Virus record (IMG/VR): IMGVR_UViG_2706796753_000001
Span: 64,001-128,000 of that record
Direction: 5' to 3' (one strand)
Source: a virus
Taxonomy: Duplodnaviria; Caudoviricetes
DNA length: 64,000 bases
In this document: one piece after another, positions 8,813 to 17,874 of the stretch
How positions within the stretch are numbered: the first letter of the stretch is position 1
How the letters are laid out: every line of letters starts with the position of its first letter
Program-made: the position numbers and the translations under genes
Notes under the pieces: generated by a model
The model's database searches: none
Seen by the model: the letters and a program-made list of their open reading frames with translations, nothing else
Told to the model about the DNA's origin: nothing

Positions 8813-10585
8813 ATGAAGATAACAGTTGGAATCATCTATACACACGTAGATTTCGATGGAGATACATTAAAAGAGGAAAAGGTAAAAGACCATATGCATC
8901 ATAAGTTAGGAGTAAAAGACCCTAACGCTATACATTCAAGAGCCTATAAGAGCGGAGCATGGGACGGTATTACAGATTACTACGATATGAAAGAGAATTC
9001 GTTCCCTACAGGACTAGTAAATTTATTCTTAGAAGGTATCCGTGAGATGCAAGAGTACCTTCCAAACCTTACATATGAATTAATAGATAACAGACCATCA
9101 CCATTATTACATCCTGATAACCTAGATAAAGAGATTGAGCTTATCAAGGATGGGCAAACTATCACATTACGGGACTATCAATATCGTGCAGTAGAAGCAA
9201 TCATTCGTGACCAAATCGGAATTGTAAACTTAGCAACAAACGCAGGTAAAACGATGTCTGCTGCTGGAATCATTAAAATTCTCATGCCATTGATTGGACG
9301 CAATGAACGTATTGTATTCATGGTACACTCAAAGGATATCTTAAGTCAAGCTAAAAAAAGTATTACAGAGGCATTGGGTATGAAAGAAAAAGATGTCGGA
9401 CTAGTTGGAGAAGGCAAGTTCGATATTAAGAATAAGAAACTAGTATTCGTTATGAGCCCAACTCTATCAAGTGCATTATCTGACCCGAAGAAAGGTGTGA
9501 CACTAACACAAAAGGATAGACTTGTCAAGAAGATGGCAGAAGAGATAGCTCCTAAGTTCCTTGATACAGTAAACACGCGAACACTGATTAAGAACTTCCT
9601 AAAGAACTGGAAACCAAAAACAAAGAACGATGTCGAGATTGAACAAATCTTAACAGCTCTTGCTTACGATAATGCATATACTGACAAGAAAGTACAAATG
9701 GTTCTACGAAGCTACAATGCAGAGTTCGAGAAAATCCTTCTTAAGAAGAATAAAAAGAATTTCGAAAAATGGAAAACTGCTAAAGATTTCGTCGAATCGG
9801 TTCGAGTATTTATTGGGGATGAGGCTCATAGAATTAAAGGGGATACATGGTACACGAATGCATTGCAATTTTCAAATGCACAATACCGAGTAGCCTTAAC
9901 AGGTACAGTTGATAAAAAAGATGTTCATTTATACCAACGTATCCGCGCACTATTCAATGACATCATCGTTAAAGTATCCAATGACGAACTTATTAGCCGA
10001 GGTGTTTCTTCCAAACCAAAAATCAGAATGTTAGAAATAAAAGAACCTCGCGGTATCGAACTAGCAGATAACTACATGGAAGCTTATAAAGTAGGAATCT
10101 CTCAAAATGATTACCGAAATGATATGGCAGTACAAGTAGCCGTTGCATTCTATGAAAAGAAAAAAGCTGGAGTACTATTCTCTGTCAATCATATCGAACA
10201 CGGTGAAAGTATTCAAGAGAAACTTAGAGCCAAAGGTTACGAGTGTTCATTCTTAAAAGGTGAACTAGAATTGGACGAGCGTAAAGAAGTACTTGACAAG
10301 TTCTCATCTGGTGAGATACCATTTATGATTGGTACGACTATTATCGATGAAGGTCTCGATTTAAGTTGTATCGGTTGTCTTGTATTAGCTGGTGCAGGGA
10401 AAAGTCTTCGACAAATTCTGCAACGTATCGGTCGTGGATTGCGCTTAAATGGTATCGATGGAAACCAAACGTTAGTCATTGATTTTATCGACAAAACACA
10501 TAAGATTTTACTTAAGCACTCGAAAGAGAGACTTAGAATCTACCAAGAAGAGAAGTTCGATGTGAAAATGCTCGGAGCAAAATAA
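8813..10585 (+). CDS. SF2 (UvsW-like) DNA helicase
   Basis: LRDYQ Q-motif, ATNAGKT Walker A, DEAH, LTGT, QRIGRGLR motif VI. Confidence 0.92.
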   Translation: MKITVGIIYTHVDFDGDTLKEEKVKDHMHHKLGVKDPNAIHSRAYKSGAWDGITDYYDMKENSFPTGLVNLFLEGIREMQEYLPNLTYELIDNRPSPLLHPDNLDKEIELIKDGQTITLRDYQYRAVEAIIRDQIGIVNLATNAGKTMSAAGIIKILMPLIGRNERIVFMVHSKDILSQAKKSITEALGMKEKDVGLVGEGKFDIKNKKLVFVMSPTLSSALSDPKKGVTLTQKDRLVKKMAEEIAPKFLDTVNTRTLIKNFLKNWKPKTKNDVEIEQILTALAYDNAYTDKKVQMVLRSYNAEFEKILLKKNKKNFEKWKTAKDFVESVRVFIGDEAHRIKGDTWYTNALQFSNAQYRVALTGTVDKKDVHLYQRIRALFNDIIVKVSNDELISRGVSSKPKIRMLEIKEPRGIELADNYMEAYKVGISQNDYRNDMAVQVAVAFYEKKKAGVLFSVNHIEHGESIQEKLRAKGYECSFLKGELELDERKEVLDKFSSGEIPFMIGTTIIDEGLDLSCIGCLVLAGAGKSLRQILQRIGRGLRLNGIDGNQTLVIDFIDKTHKILLKHSKERLRIYQEEKFDVKMLGAK

Positions 10586-10597
10586 TTGTCCTACCAT

Positions 10598-10628
10598 GAA
10601 GATAATCTATTGATTGTCTTCTTTTTTT
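10598..10628 (+). terminator. Intrinsic terminator
   Basis: gaagataatc-tatt-gattgtcttc + T7. Confidence 0.8.
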
Positions 10629-10671
10629 ATGCTAATATACTTTTTGTAAAATAATTTAAGGAGTTGTACAT

Positions 10672-11508
10672 ATGGCAAGAGAACGAATTGACCTGCTTGC
10701 AGGTGAGAATACATATAAAGAGTTATCCACATTTACAGACTTGGAGGAAATGAATAAGACAGTTCGTACATACCGTGAAACAATTAAAGAACTTAAATTT
10801 CGTGAAGATGTGAAGGACAAGCTTTCCAAGTTGATTATGATACTTAAGAAACATAGCTGCAAATACTTAGGAGTAAGCTTCCTGACGAAACGCTCCATAT
10901 CAGAAATCATGGGAGTTAGTTACAAGACAGTGCAGCGACTGGTTAAAAGATTGGTAGACTTACATATGATTCAAGAACATGCAATGAAGCGACCGACAGA
11001 CATGAGACAGACGTCAAATGCAATTACAATTGAGCCATACATAAAAGAAGAGGAGTCCTACAAGACACCTCAAAAAAATGCACATAACTGTCCGAGCAGT
11101 AAAACAACAGCTATAAACCTTAAAACAAAACATAAAACATATAAAAGATTAAAAGAACGTAATGATTTACATAATAATACTAATACTAGAGATAACATAA
11201 AGAATGCAGAATTTGTGGCACACTGGGTATCGCCACGTTTCGCTAACTTAGCATCTTCTTATTTTGATAAATCTAAAGACATTGAAGAGTTCTGGAAAGT
11301 AGTTAAACAGAATAATAGACCTGTTAACGGTGAGAAACTATTCACAAAATCACAGGAAGAAAAAATTGGTATAGCAGCACTACAAAGTCTTGTTATGAAA
11401 TACAAAAAAGGCGTTAGAATTAAAAAATCTTTATTCTCATATTTCCACGGTATTGTTAACAAATTGATGACTAAGTTCTACTTCGATGAAGAATTTATGG
11501 CTTGCTAA
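10672..11508 (+). CDS. HTH-domain protein resembling B. cereus-group plasmid/temperate-phage replication-initiator-like proteins
   Basis: HSCKYLGVSFLTKRSISEIMGVSYKTVQRLVKRL winged HTH, QTSNAITI wing, low-complexity linker, C-terminal SLFSYFHGI; AAGGAG RBS. Confidence 0.65.
   Translation: MARERIDLLAGENTYKELSTFTDLEEMNKTVRTYRETIKELKFREDVKDKLSKLIMILKKHSCKYLGVSFLTKRSISEIMGVSYKTVQRLVKRLVDLHMIQEHAMKRPTDMRQTSNAITIEPYIKEEESYKTPQKNAHNCPSSKTTAINLKTKHKTYKRLKERNDLHNNTNTRDNIKNAEFVAHWVSPRFANLASSYFDKSKDIEEFWKVVKQNNRPVNGEKLFTKSQEEKIGIAALQSLVMKYKKGVRIKKSLFSYFHGIVNKLMTKFYFDEEFMAC
10723..10731 (+). promoter_or_regulatory. Perfect DnaA-box match TTATCCACA
   Basis: Exact 9-mer; function not shown. Confidence 0.4.
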
Positions 11509-11517
11509 TGTGGATAA
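11509..11517 (-). promoter_or_regulatory. Perfect DnaA-box match (TGTGGATAA on + strand), intergenic
   Basis: Exact 9-mer immediately after the 11508 stop, in the promoter region of the next gene (TGGTATAAT follows). Confidence 0.45.
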
Positions 11518-11586
11518 CTTTCTGATTTTGGTATAATAGAGTTATAGACCTCTAAGGTGTATCAAAACTTACGGAAGGATGATTAC

Positions 11587-13371
11587 ATGAGCACAGCAAC
11601 AATAGCTCCAAACGGAGTACTTATCGATGCACAAGTATTGACAGTAAACAACAAACTTGTAGACGTTCTACAAACGCTTTTACAAAGAGCTAAAAACTCT
11701 ATTAACAACGTGGCTATATTTAAAAAGACGGAGTTAGCAAAGGAGCTGGGGAAAGACCCGAAGACTGTATACAGACATATCAAAGAGCTGGAACAGAATG
11801 GTATTTTCGAAGTTCACGGAGAGAAAGGTAGAGGGAAAGGTTCTGTTGTCAAGTTCAATGACCAACTAGTTAAATTTACTACATCGGACGAAGCGGTAGT
11901 AAATAGTGGTGTGAACATTAAAGAACTTGCTCAACAAAAGTTCCCTAAAAAGCCTAAGAAAGAAAACCCGAATAAACGCCCACGTAGAACGAAACACGAG
12001 ATGTTAGATGCGCTGCTCAAAAGAAATAAGGAACAGGATTCTATTACTGCTCTGAATGAGGAGTTAGAGCAGATTCACTATCCTACATGGAGTATTTTCC
12101 AACGAACAGACAACCCAGAATTAAACTACAAAGCGTATATTGCAGCGTCATTATACAGCCGTTATGCATATTTATTTACAAAAAGACAGAATGAAGTGTA
12201 TGCAGAGAAAGAGAAAGCAGGATTAGCGTACAGCATTCGTAAATTGACAGCGGTATCTCCTGACTATCATGTACTTGAAGAACAGTTCTTTGGTACAACT
12301 GTATTCAAACACTTTGTTAAGTATGTGCAATTCTGTGAGGAAAACAGCATTGACTTGCCCGAACATATGGCATCTCAATTCAAGCTGTCCACATTTATTG
12401 CAGAACAAAAGAATGCAAAGAAATCCACATCTGCAAAACCATATGTAAACACGTTATACAGTGAGAAATCACTAGAAGCATATAACCGTGATAAGCGATA
12501 TGGGAAGCGTGGGGTATTACATAACATCCGTACAATTGAGAACATCCAACCATTCTCTGGAGATATCGTTGTTACACAACTTACAGACGAGTTATCAGAG
12601 AACGGAATTAAATTATCCACAGCTCCACTAGAGAAACGTTACGGCGCTTTCTTCTTCCCTGATGGAACAAATGCGGATGAACTTATTATGCTTGAATATT
12701 ACAACAGCGTAGTAAAACAGATGCAGGAACAAAATATTTCCCAAGAGTCTCAGGATGCAATTAAAGACTTCATCGTACGACATACTTATATGCATTTTGA
12801 AGGTGCTCTTCGAGGTGTTAAAAAAGAATTACTAGTATCTGAGTTATTACGTATGACATTGGCATCTATCCCTAGAACCCGTAAACAAGACGAGCTATCT
12901 TACAAACGTGAAGCTTGTTACGCGCTAGGCAAATTCTATAAACCTCATGAGAAGGACAATGAGAAAGTCATCTATGCTGCACTAAAAGATTATGTAGCAT
13001 TCACTGATAGTATGCATACTAGCTTCCTGTTTGAGTTAATTGAGCAGAAGAATGGAGTTCATATCTCTTACGAAACATACCAAAACGCTTTCAAAGAAGT
13101 AGGAAAAGACGTAGTACCTGTAACGAAATATTGTGTGCTTGACATTGAACAGATTGTAGAGAAGTTAAGAGACGTAGTAGAAGTCGAATTACTTGACACA
13201 TCTGTAGATGTTGCAGACGTATCGAAAGACAAGTATGCTCCTAAAAAAGCAAAACGTAATGTAGATGAAGACTTAGTAGCAATGCAAAAGAGTCATGTCG
13301 CTGCTAACTACGAAAAACGTAACTCTATTAATAATCTAATTAATAACTTCAACTTGACAGGTGAGCTGTAA
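11587..13371 (+). CDS. Herellevirus HTH DNA-binding / Rep-like protein
   Basis: KKTELAKELGKDPKTVYRHIKELEQNG...GEKGRGKG winged HTH; conserved position between the two helicases; ATG 11587 preferred over GTG 11557. Confidence 0.75.
   Translation: MSTATIAPNGVLIDAQVLTVNNKLVDVLQTLLQRAKNSINNVAIFKKTELAKELGKDPKTVYRHIKELEQNGIFEVHGEKGRGKGSVVKFNDQLVKFTTSDEAVVNSGVNIKELAQQKFPKKPKKENPNKRPRRTKHEMLDALLKRNKEQDSITALNEELEQIHYPTWSIFQRTDNPELNYKAYIAASLYSRYAYLFTKRQNEVYAEKEKAGLAYSIRKLTAVSPDYHVLEEQFFGTTVFKHFVKYVQFCEENSIDLPEHMASQFKLSTFIAEQKNAKKSTSAKPYVNTLYSEKSLEAYNRDKRYGKRGVLHNIRTIENIQPFSGDIVVTQLTDELSENGIKLSTAPLEKRYGAFFFPDGTNADELIMLEYYNSVVKQMQEQNISQESQDAIKDFIVRHTYMHFEGALRGVKKELLVSELLRMTLASIPRTRKQDELSYKREACYALGKFYKPHEKDNEKVIYAALKDYVAFTDSMHTSFLFELIEQKNGVHISYETYQNAFKEVGKDVVPVTKYCVLDIEQIVEKLRDVVEVELLDTSVDVADVSKDKYAPKKAKRNVDEDLVAMQKSHVAANYEKRNSINNLINNFNLTGEL
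12613..12621 (+). promoter_or_regulatory. Perfect DnaA-box match TTATCCACA (within CDS)
   Basis: Exact 9-mer; function not shown. Confidence 0.3.
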
Positions 13372-13382
13372 TCTAGTATAAT
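13354..13382 (+). promoter_or_regulatory. SigA-type promoter for the DnaB-like helicase
   Basis: TTGACA-17-TATAAT. Confidence 0.85.
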
Positions 13383-13405
13383 TTAATAGAGGAGGAATTT
13401 AATAT

Positions 13406-14896
13406 ATGGTAAAACCTATGGTTAAAGAGATTTTAAGAAAGGCGATTATGCATCCCGCATTTGCTAAGGAGATTTTGCCTATCATACCTAAGTCTGCGCT
13501 TGACAATGACAACATGAGTATTGAGCTGGCACAGGTATTACGACTATTCTATCAAACTAACTCCGCTTCCATTACAGAGGCGGCGCTTACTACTTTAGTA
13601 GAGGCTAAGTTAGATAGACAGAAAGCAGATGCAGAAAAACAACAGGAGTACTTCGATACCATCAGCGAGCTATACGATATTCGAGATAGCAGCGATGACG
13701 AGGTAATCGATGAAGCCTTATCCAAACATATTAAGCGCTATATGCGTATTGAATTACTTAAGAAAGCAGCTATGAAGCTAGACGACGAAGTTTTCCAAGA
13801 TAAACTAGCGGACGAACTTCGATACATATTATCTTTAGATATTACAGGTGGTAACGATAAGATTATCAACGTTATCGACGATAAAGAATACAAGCGACGA
13901 TTACTGGAAACAGTACAGTCGAATACGATTCCTACGGGATTCAAAGAGTTAGATAGATTGAATGGTGGCGGTTTAGCTAAAGGTGAGTTAGGACTTGTAT
14001 CAGCATTATCAGGTTCTGGTAAAACTTTATTCTTGACAAACTTAGCTACTTCCTATGTTAAACAAGGTTACAACGTTTTATTCATTGCTTTAGAGGAGCT
14101 AGAAAATCGAATGGTACTTCGATTCGAACAAGCTATGTTAAGTCAATCTAGAGCAGACATTATTACGAACGGAGTATTGAACGAAGACGCATTTGAACGA
14201 AGACAACGTTTCTATGAGAAGTATCGAGACAACTTCGGTAACTTGTTCTTTTCTCGATACTCTCCGCGAACAGTTACACCATTTACGATTGAGCAGCTTA
14301 TCTCAGATGTTCTATTACGTAAAGGTGTACAGCTAGATATCGTAATCATTGACTACCCAGAATTGCTACGAAACCCTAATGCTACAGGTAATGAAGCAGA
14401 AGATGGCGGGCGATTATTCGAAGAGGTTCGACGTATTGCACAGGACTACAATGTTTTAATGTGGACAGCCTCTCAGTTAAACCGTTCAGCATACAATGCA
14501 GTTACTCGTACATCAGAGCACATGGAAGGTTCTATTCGTAAGAAGAACGCGACAGAACTTGTTCTAGTAGTCAACCAAACTCCAGAAGAGTATGAAGCAG
14601 GATTCGTGCGGCTATACGCAGATAAGGTGCGTAACCCTCCTGACGGAGTTTACGATAAGATGCTAGGATTCGTAGTAGACGGTAAGCGACAATTGATTCG
14701 TGATTATGAACCCGACCCGTACGACCCGAATAAAATATCTCCTGAGAAGCTGGAACATCAACGAATTCTAAAAGAAGTAGAAGACCAGAGGAACTCTCTA
14801 GGTATTAATAAGGGTGGCGGAGATAAAGGTAATAAACCTCCTATGCCAAATTTAAGTGACGAAATAAATAAAGCACTTGCAGGTGGCGCAAAATAA
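13406..14896 (+). CDS. dnaB: DnaB-like replicative helicase
   Basis: IPTGFKELD...GGLAKGEL, SGSGKT Walker A, LEE, IIDY, TASQLNR. Confidence 0.92.
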   Translation: MVKPMVKEILRKAIMHPAFAKEILPIIPKSALDNDNMSIELAQVLRLFYQTNSASITEAALTTLVEAKLDRQKADAEKQQEYFDTISELYDIRDSSDDEVIDEALSKHIKRYMRIELLKKAAMKLDDEVFQDKLADELRYILSLDITGGNDKIINVIDDKEYKRRLLETVQSNTIPTGFKELDRLNGGGLAKGELGLVSALSGSGKTLFLTNLATSYVKQGYNVLFIALEELENRMVLRFEQAMLSQSRADIITNGVLNEDAFERRQRFYEKYRDNFGNLFFSRYSPRTVTPFTIEQLISDVLLRKGVQLDIVIIDYPELLRNPNATGNEAEDGGRLFEEVRRIAQDYNVLMWTASQLNRSAYNAVTRTSEHMEGSIRKKNATELVLVVNQTPEEYEAGFVRLYADKVRNPPDGVYDKMLGFVVDGKRQLIRDYEPDPYDPNKISPEKLEHQRILKEVEDQRNSLGINKGGGDKGNKPPMPNLSDEINKALAGGAK

Positions 14897-14912
14897 TGTT
14901 ATACTTAAAGTA
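14877..14912 (+). promoter_or_regulatory. SigA-type promoter with overlapping TACTTAAAGTA palindrome
   Basis: TTGCAG-17-TATACT with extended TG; palindrome at 14902-14912. Confidence 0.6.
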
Positions 14913-14934
14913 AATTAAGAGGAGGAGAGATAAT

Positions 14935-15234
14935 ATGATTCGATTAAGCGAGACAGATACTGTCGATAATATGGGTATAATTAGAGAAGCGGGAACAATT
15001 TACGACTTCCGAAACCATTTAAATCTATGCTTTGAGGTAGATTTATTAGAAGTTCCAGAGGACGAGCAGTTTGAAGAGTCAGGTCTTTTAAGTGTAGCTA
15101 TCAATGTACAAGGAGCTAAAGACCTAATCGAAGAGTTGCAAGCCTTTGTAAATCAGATGGAGGAGGAAGAACATGAAAAAGATACTTATGGGCGCGACGT
15201 TTACGTGTCTACTGTTGACGGGTTGTGCGACTAA
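14935..15234 (+). CDS. Small acidic hypothetical protein
   Basis: GAGGAGG RBS; first gene after the promoter. Confidence 0.75.
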   Translation: MIRLSETDTVDNMGIIREAGTIYDFRNHLNLCFEVDLLEVPEDEQFEESGLLSVAINVQGAKDLIEELQAFVNQMEEEEHEKDTYGRDVYVSTVDGLCD

Positions 15235-15436
15235 AAAGGACGAGCCTAAGAAACCTAAAGAGCCTTATGAACTTATTATAAAGATGCATGATGGTTTGGG
15301 TATTAGTACATATACGCAAAAGGAAGTAAAAAAATACCGTATAAGTAACGGACAGATATTCATCGAGTTGAACAATGGTGAAGTAATTTACTCTACTATG
15401 TACACATTAAAAGAAAAGGGAGAGGAACAACAATGA
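15173..15436 (+). CDS. Putative lipoprotein
   Basis: MKKILMGATFTCLLLTGC signal peptide with lipobox; GGAGGAGG RBS. Confidence 0.8.
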   Translation: MKKILMGATFTCLLLTGCATKKDEPKKPKEPYELIIKMHDGLGISTYTQKEVKKYRISNGQIFIELNNGEVIYSTMYTLKEKGEEQQ

Positions 15437-15645
15437 CAGTTTTATCTATTAAAGAGGAATTAATTACATTATTGGAAGAGGTTCTTGACGCTGAGGAGTG
15501 TATTGAAACGATTGACGATGCAAACGAAGCATACATCGTTGGGCAGCAATACGCATACGCTAAACTATTATTCTTTATGGTAGATGGCGTTACTAGAGAA
15601 GAGTTTGATGGTGATGATGTACAAGAATTACTAGAAAGAGCTTAA
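15433..15645 (+). CDS. Acidic hypothetical protein (paralog of 15665..15892)
   Basis: RBS, ATGA overlap; shares Y-x-x-GQ-x-YA and FD-x-DDV-x-x-LLE with the next ORF. Confidence 0.75.
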   Translation: MTVLSIKEELITLLEEVLDAEECIETIDDANEAYIVGQQYAYAKLLFFMVDGVTREEFDGDDVQELLERA

Positions 15646-15664
15646 AAGAAAGGGAGAGAGCTAA

Positions 15665-15892
15665 ATGATTAGAGACATTAAAAAGATTGAAGAAGAGTTC
15701 AAGTACACGGTTAAGGTATTACGAGAAGAGCTCGTACCAGATGGTTATGACCCGAAAGATGAAGAGCAAATTCAATATGTATCTGGACAGGTTTACGCAT
15801 TCTCCCAAGTTTTACACCTATTCTATCATGGGGAAATGCTATATACCTTTGATGATGACGATGTTAACCGATTACTGGAGGAAATTGAATGA
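15665..15892 (+). CDS. Acidic hypothetical protein (paralog of 15433..15645)
   Basis: RBS; shared motifs; ATGA overlap with sbcD. Confidence 0.75.
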   Translation: MIRDIKKIEEEFKYTVKVLREELVPDGYDPKDEEQIQYVSGQVYAFSQVLHLFYHGEMLYTFDDDDVNRLLEEIE

Positions 15893-16986
15893 GAAAAAAC
15901 TTCATCGTATTCGGGGATTTTCACTGGCATAACTTCACAAATTTCGCCCGACCGATGATTTTTGATTACAAAGGAAAGCAGATTGAAGTTACTGATAGAT
16001 TACTAGCACAATGGAACACTATGGAGAAGGTATTCGAGTTAGCGGACAAGCATAATGCGAATATCATCTTCACTGGTGATTACTTCCATGCACGTAAACG
16101 AGTAGAATCAGTAGTATTCAATATGGGATTCAATGTAATTAAAGATAACATGGAGAAACGTGAAGACTTACATATGTACATGATTGTAGGTAATCATGAC
16201 CAACAGGATTCTAGTGACTTCCCAGAACATAGTTTAGAAACATTTAAAGCGATTCCGCGAGTACATATTATGGATGACTTCGAACCAGTACATACAGAGA
16301 ATGCAGTACTTTACCCGATTTCATATTCTGATAACGTAGACTTCATCAAGAACAAGATTGATGAGTTTGCTGCACATGCAGAGACTATTGATAAGGATAA
16401 AACACCTATTCTAGTAGCTCACCTCGGAGTAGACGGTAGTGAAACAGGTCGTCATTCTCATAGACTAGGTGGAGCATTTAGTTTAGGAGATTTACATCCT
16501 CTAGTGTTTGGTTACATAGCTTTAGGGCATTATCATAAGTGGCAGTTCCTAGAAGATACAGGTACTGCGTTCTATGCAGGTAATACAATCCAAGAGAGCT
16601 TCTCAGATGAGGGACAGGACAAAGGGGTATTCCTTATCGATATGAATAAGTTAGGACATCCTGAGTTTATTCCTATCGAAAATAAAAAGTTTATCACGCT
16701 TACAGAGATTGATGAGAATACACAAGAGATTGTGGATAACAACTATGTACGAATGATTATCCCACAAGAACTAGCTACAGAGGTAGAGATATTCAAAGAG
16801 TCGTCAGATAATCTACGTGTGGAAGTTCAGAAAGAGTATAAAGCAGATTTACGTATCGATATCAAGGTAGGCTCTGATGAAGCTGATATTGTAAAAGCGT
16901 ACACAGATATGTTCTTTACAAGTGTACAAGATAAAGCATTAGCTGTCCTAAAAATGGCGCAGCAACAAAAAGTTGAGGAGGAATAA
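15889..16986 (+). CDS. sbcD: SbcD/Mre11-like recombination nuclease subunit
   Basis: GDFHW, GDYFH, GNHD, AH, LGHYH metallophosphoesterase motifs. Confidence 0.92.
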   Translation: MRKNFIVFGDFHWHNFTNFARPMIFDYKGKQIEVTDRLLAQWNTMEKVFELADKHNANIIFTGDYFHARKRVESVVFNMGFNVIKDNMEKREDLHMYMIVGNHDQQDSSDFPEHSLETFKAIPRVHIMDDFEPVHTENAVLYPISYSDNVDFIKNKIDEFAAHAETIDKDKTPILVAHLGVDGSETGRHSHRLGGAFSLGDLHPLVFGYIALGHYHKWQFLEDTGTAFYAGNTIQESFSDEGQDKGVFLIDMNKLGHPEFIPIENKKFITLTEIDENTQEIVDNNYVRMIIPQELATEVEIFKESSDNLRVEVQKEYKADLRIDIKVGSDEADIVKAYTDMFFTSVQDKALAVLKMAQQQKVEEE

Positions 16987-16987
16987 C

Positions 16988-17203
16988 GTGGAATTTAAAA
17001 TTGGAGATAAATTTGAAGTATATATATGGGACAACAAGTCTGGTGACGAAACACCTTATATTTACACCATTTTATTTAGAGCACCTACAGTAGACACTTG
17101 GGACGAGCAAGAGTTATTCGTTCGTGTAGACATGGGGGAAGAGTTCTGGTACACAGCAGTAACAGAAGCGTATTTAGAAGAGAACACGGAGGAGATTAAA
17201 TAA
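16988..17203 (+). CDS. Hypothetical protein
   Basis: GTG at 16988 after GAGGAGG; TAATG coupling to the next gene. Confidence 0.65.
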   Translation: MEFKIGDKFEVYIWDNKSGDETPYIYTILFRAPTVDTWDEQELFVRVDMGEEFWYTAVTEAYLEENTEEIK

Positions 17204-17787
17204 TGGATAAAAAACGATTAGACGTAATGGTAGATATTGAAACTTTAGGGGTAAAAGCAGATTCAACAATCTTTCAAATTAGTGCAGCAGCATTTGATAT
17301 CGAAACAGGTAATGTAACGTCAGAATGTAATTTTGTTGCTGATATCGAGGAAGCTGATAACTTAGTTGTAGATGGTAGCACACTTAAGTGGTGGCTTAAC
17401 ACGGATGCAGAGTTATTTAAACGTCTGTTAAACGGCGGGACACGCTCTCCAGAGATGTTAATCAAAGCATTCCATATGTGGCTAGAACGATTGACATTAA
17501 AATACGATGTTCGACTATGGGGTAACGGTATGTTATTCGACAACAACATGCTTAAAACGCAAATCGAAGCGGCTGGGTTGAAGTACCCTATCGCGTATAA
17601 CCGCGACCGTGATGTCCGTACTATCGTAGAGTTAGCTGCGAAAGTATCGGGAATCTCCGAGAGACAAATTAAAACTATGCATAAAAAGCCTACTGCGATT
17701 AAGCATGATGCATACGATGATGTTCATACTCAAATCAGATACGTTACTTGGTGCTATCAAATTCTAACAAGAACACCAGCACATTAA
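17203..17787 (+). CDS. DEDDh 3'-5' exonuclease/exoribonuclease (Rv2179c/DUF5051-like)
   Basis: VMVDIETLG, TLKWW, WGNGMLFD, RDVRT, HDAYDD. Confidence 0.88.
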   Translation: MDKKRLDVMVDIETLGVKADSTIFQISAAAFDIETGNVTSECNFVADIEEADNLVVDGSTLKWWLNTDAELFKRLLNGGTRSPEMLIKAFHMWLERLTLKYDVRLWGNGMLFDNNMLKTQIEAAGLKYPIAYNRDRDVRTIVELAAKVSGISERQIKTMHKKPTAIKHDAYDDVHTQIRYVTWCYQILTRTPAH

Positions 17788-17815
17788 GAGACTATTTTAA
17801 ATAGTCTCTTTTTTT
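17786..17815 (+). terminator. Intrinsic terminator
   Basis: aagagactatt...atagtctctt + T run. Confidence 0.8.
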
Positions 17816-17816
17816 A

Positions 17817-17845
17817 TTGACAAATATATGATACTATAGTATAAT
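17817..17845 (+). promoter_or_regulatory. SigA-type promoter for sbcC
   Basis: TTGACA-17-TATAAT. Confidence 0.85.
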
Positions 17846-17874
17846 TTAACCATAACGAGAAAAGGAGGAATTTA

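Noticed and set aside
9490-9790. Possible intein in the SF2 helicase, and in nrdA, recA or dnaB
   Set aside because: The helicase insert is helical and Lys-rich with no C/S...HN splice motifs; the other genes have normal length
16731-16739. Isolated perfect DnaA box within sbcD
   Set aside because: Single coding-region match 4 kb from the cluster, compatible with chance
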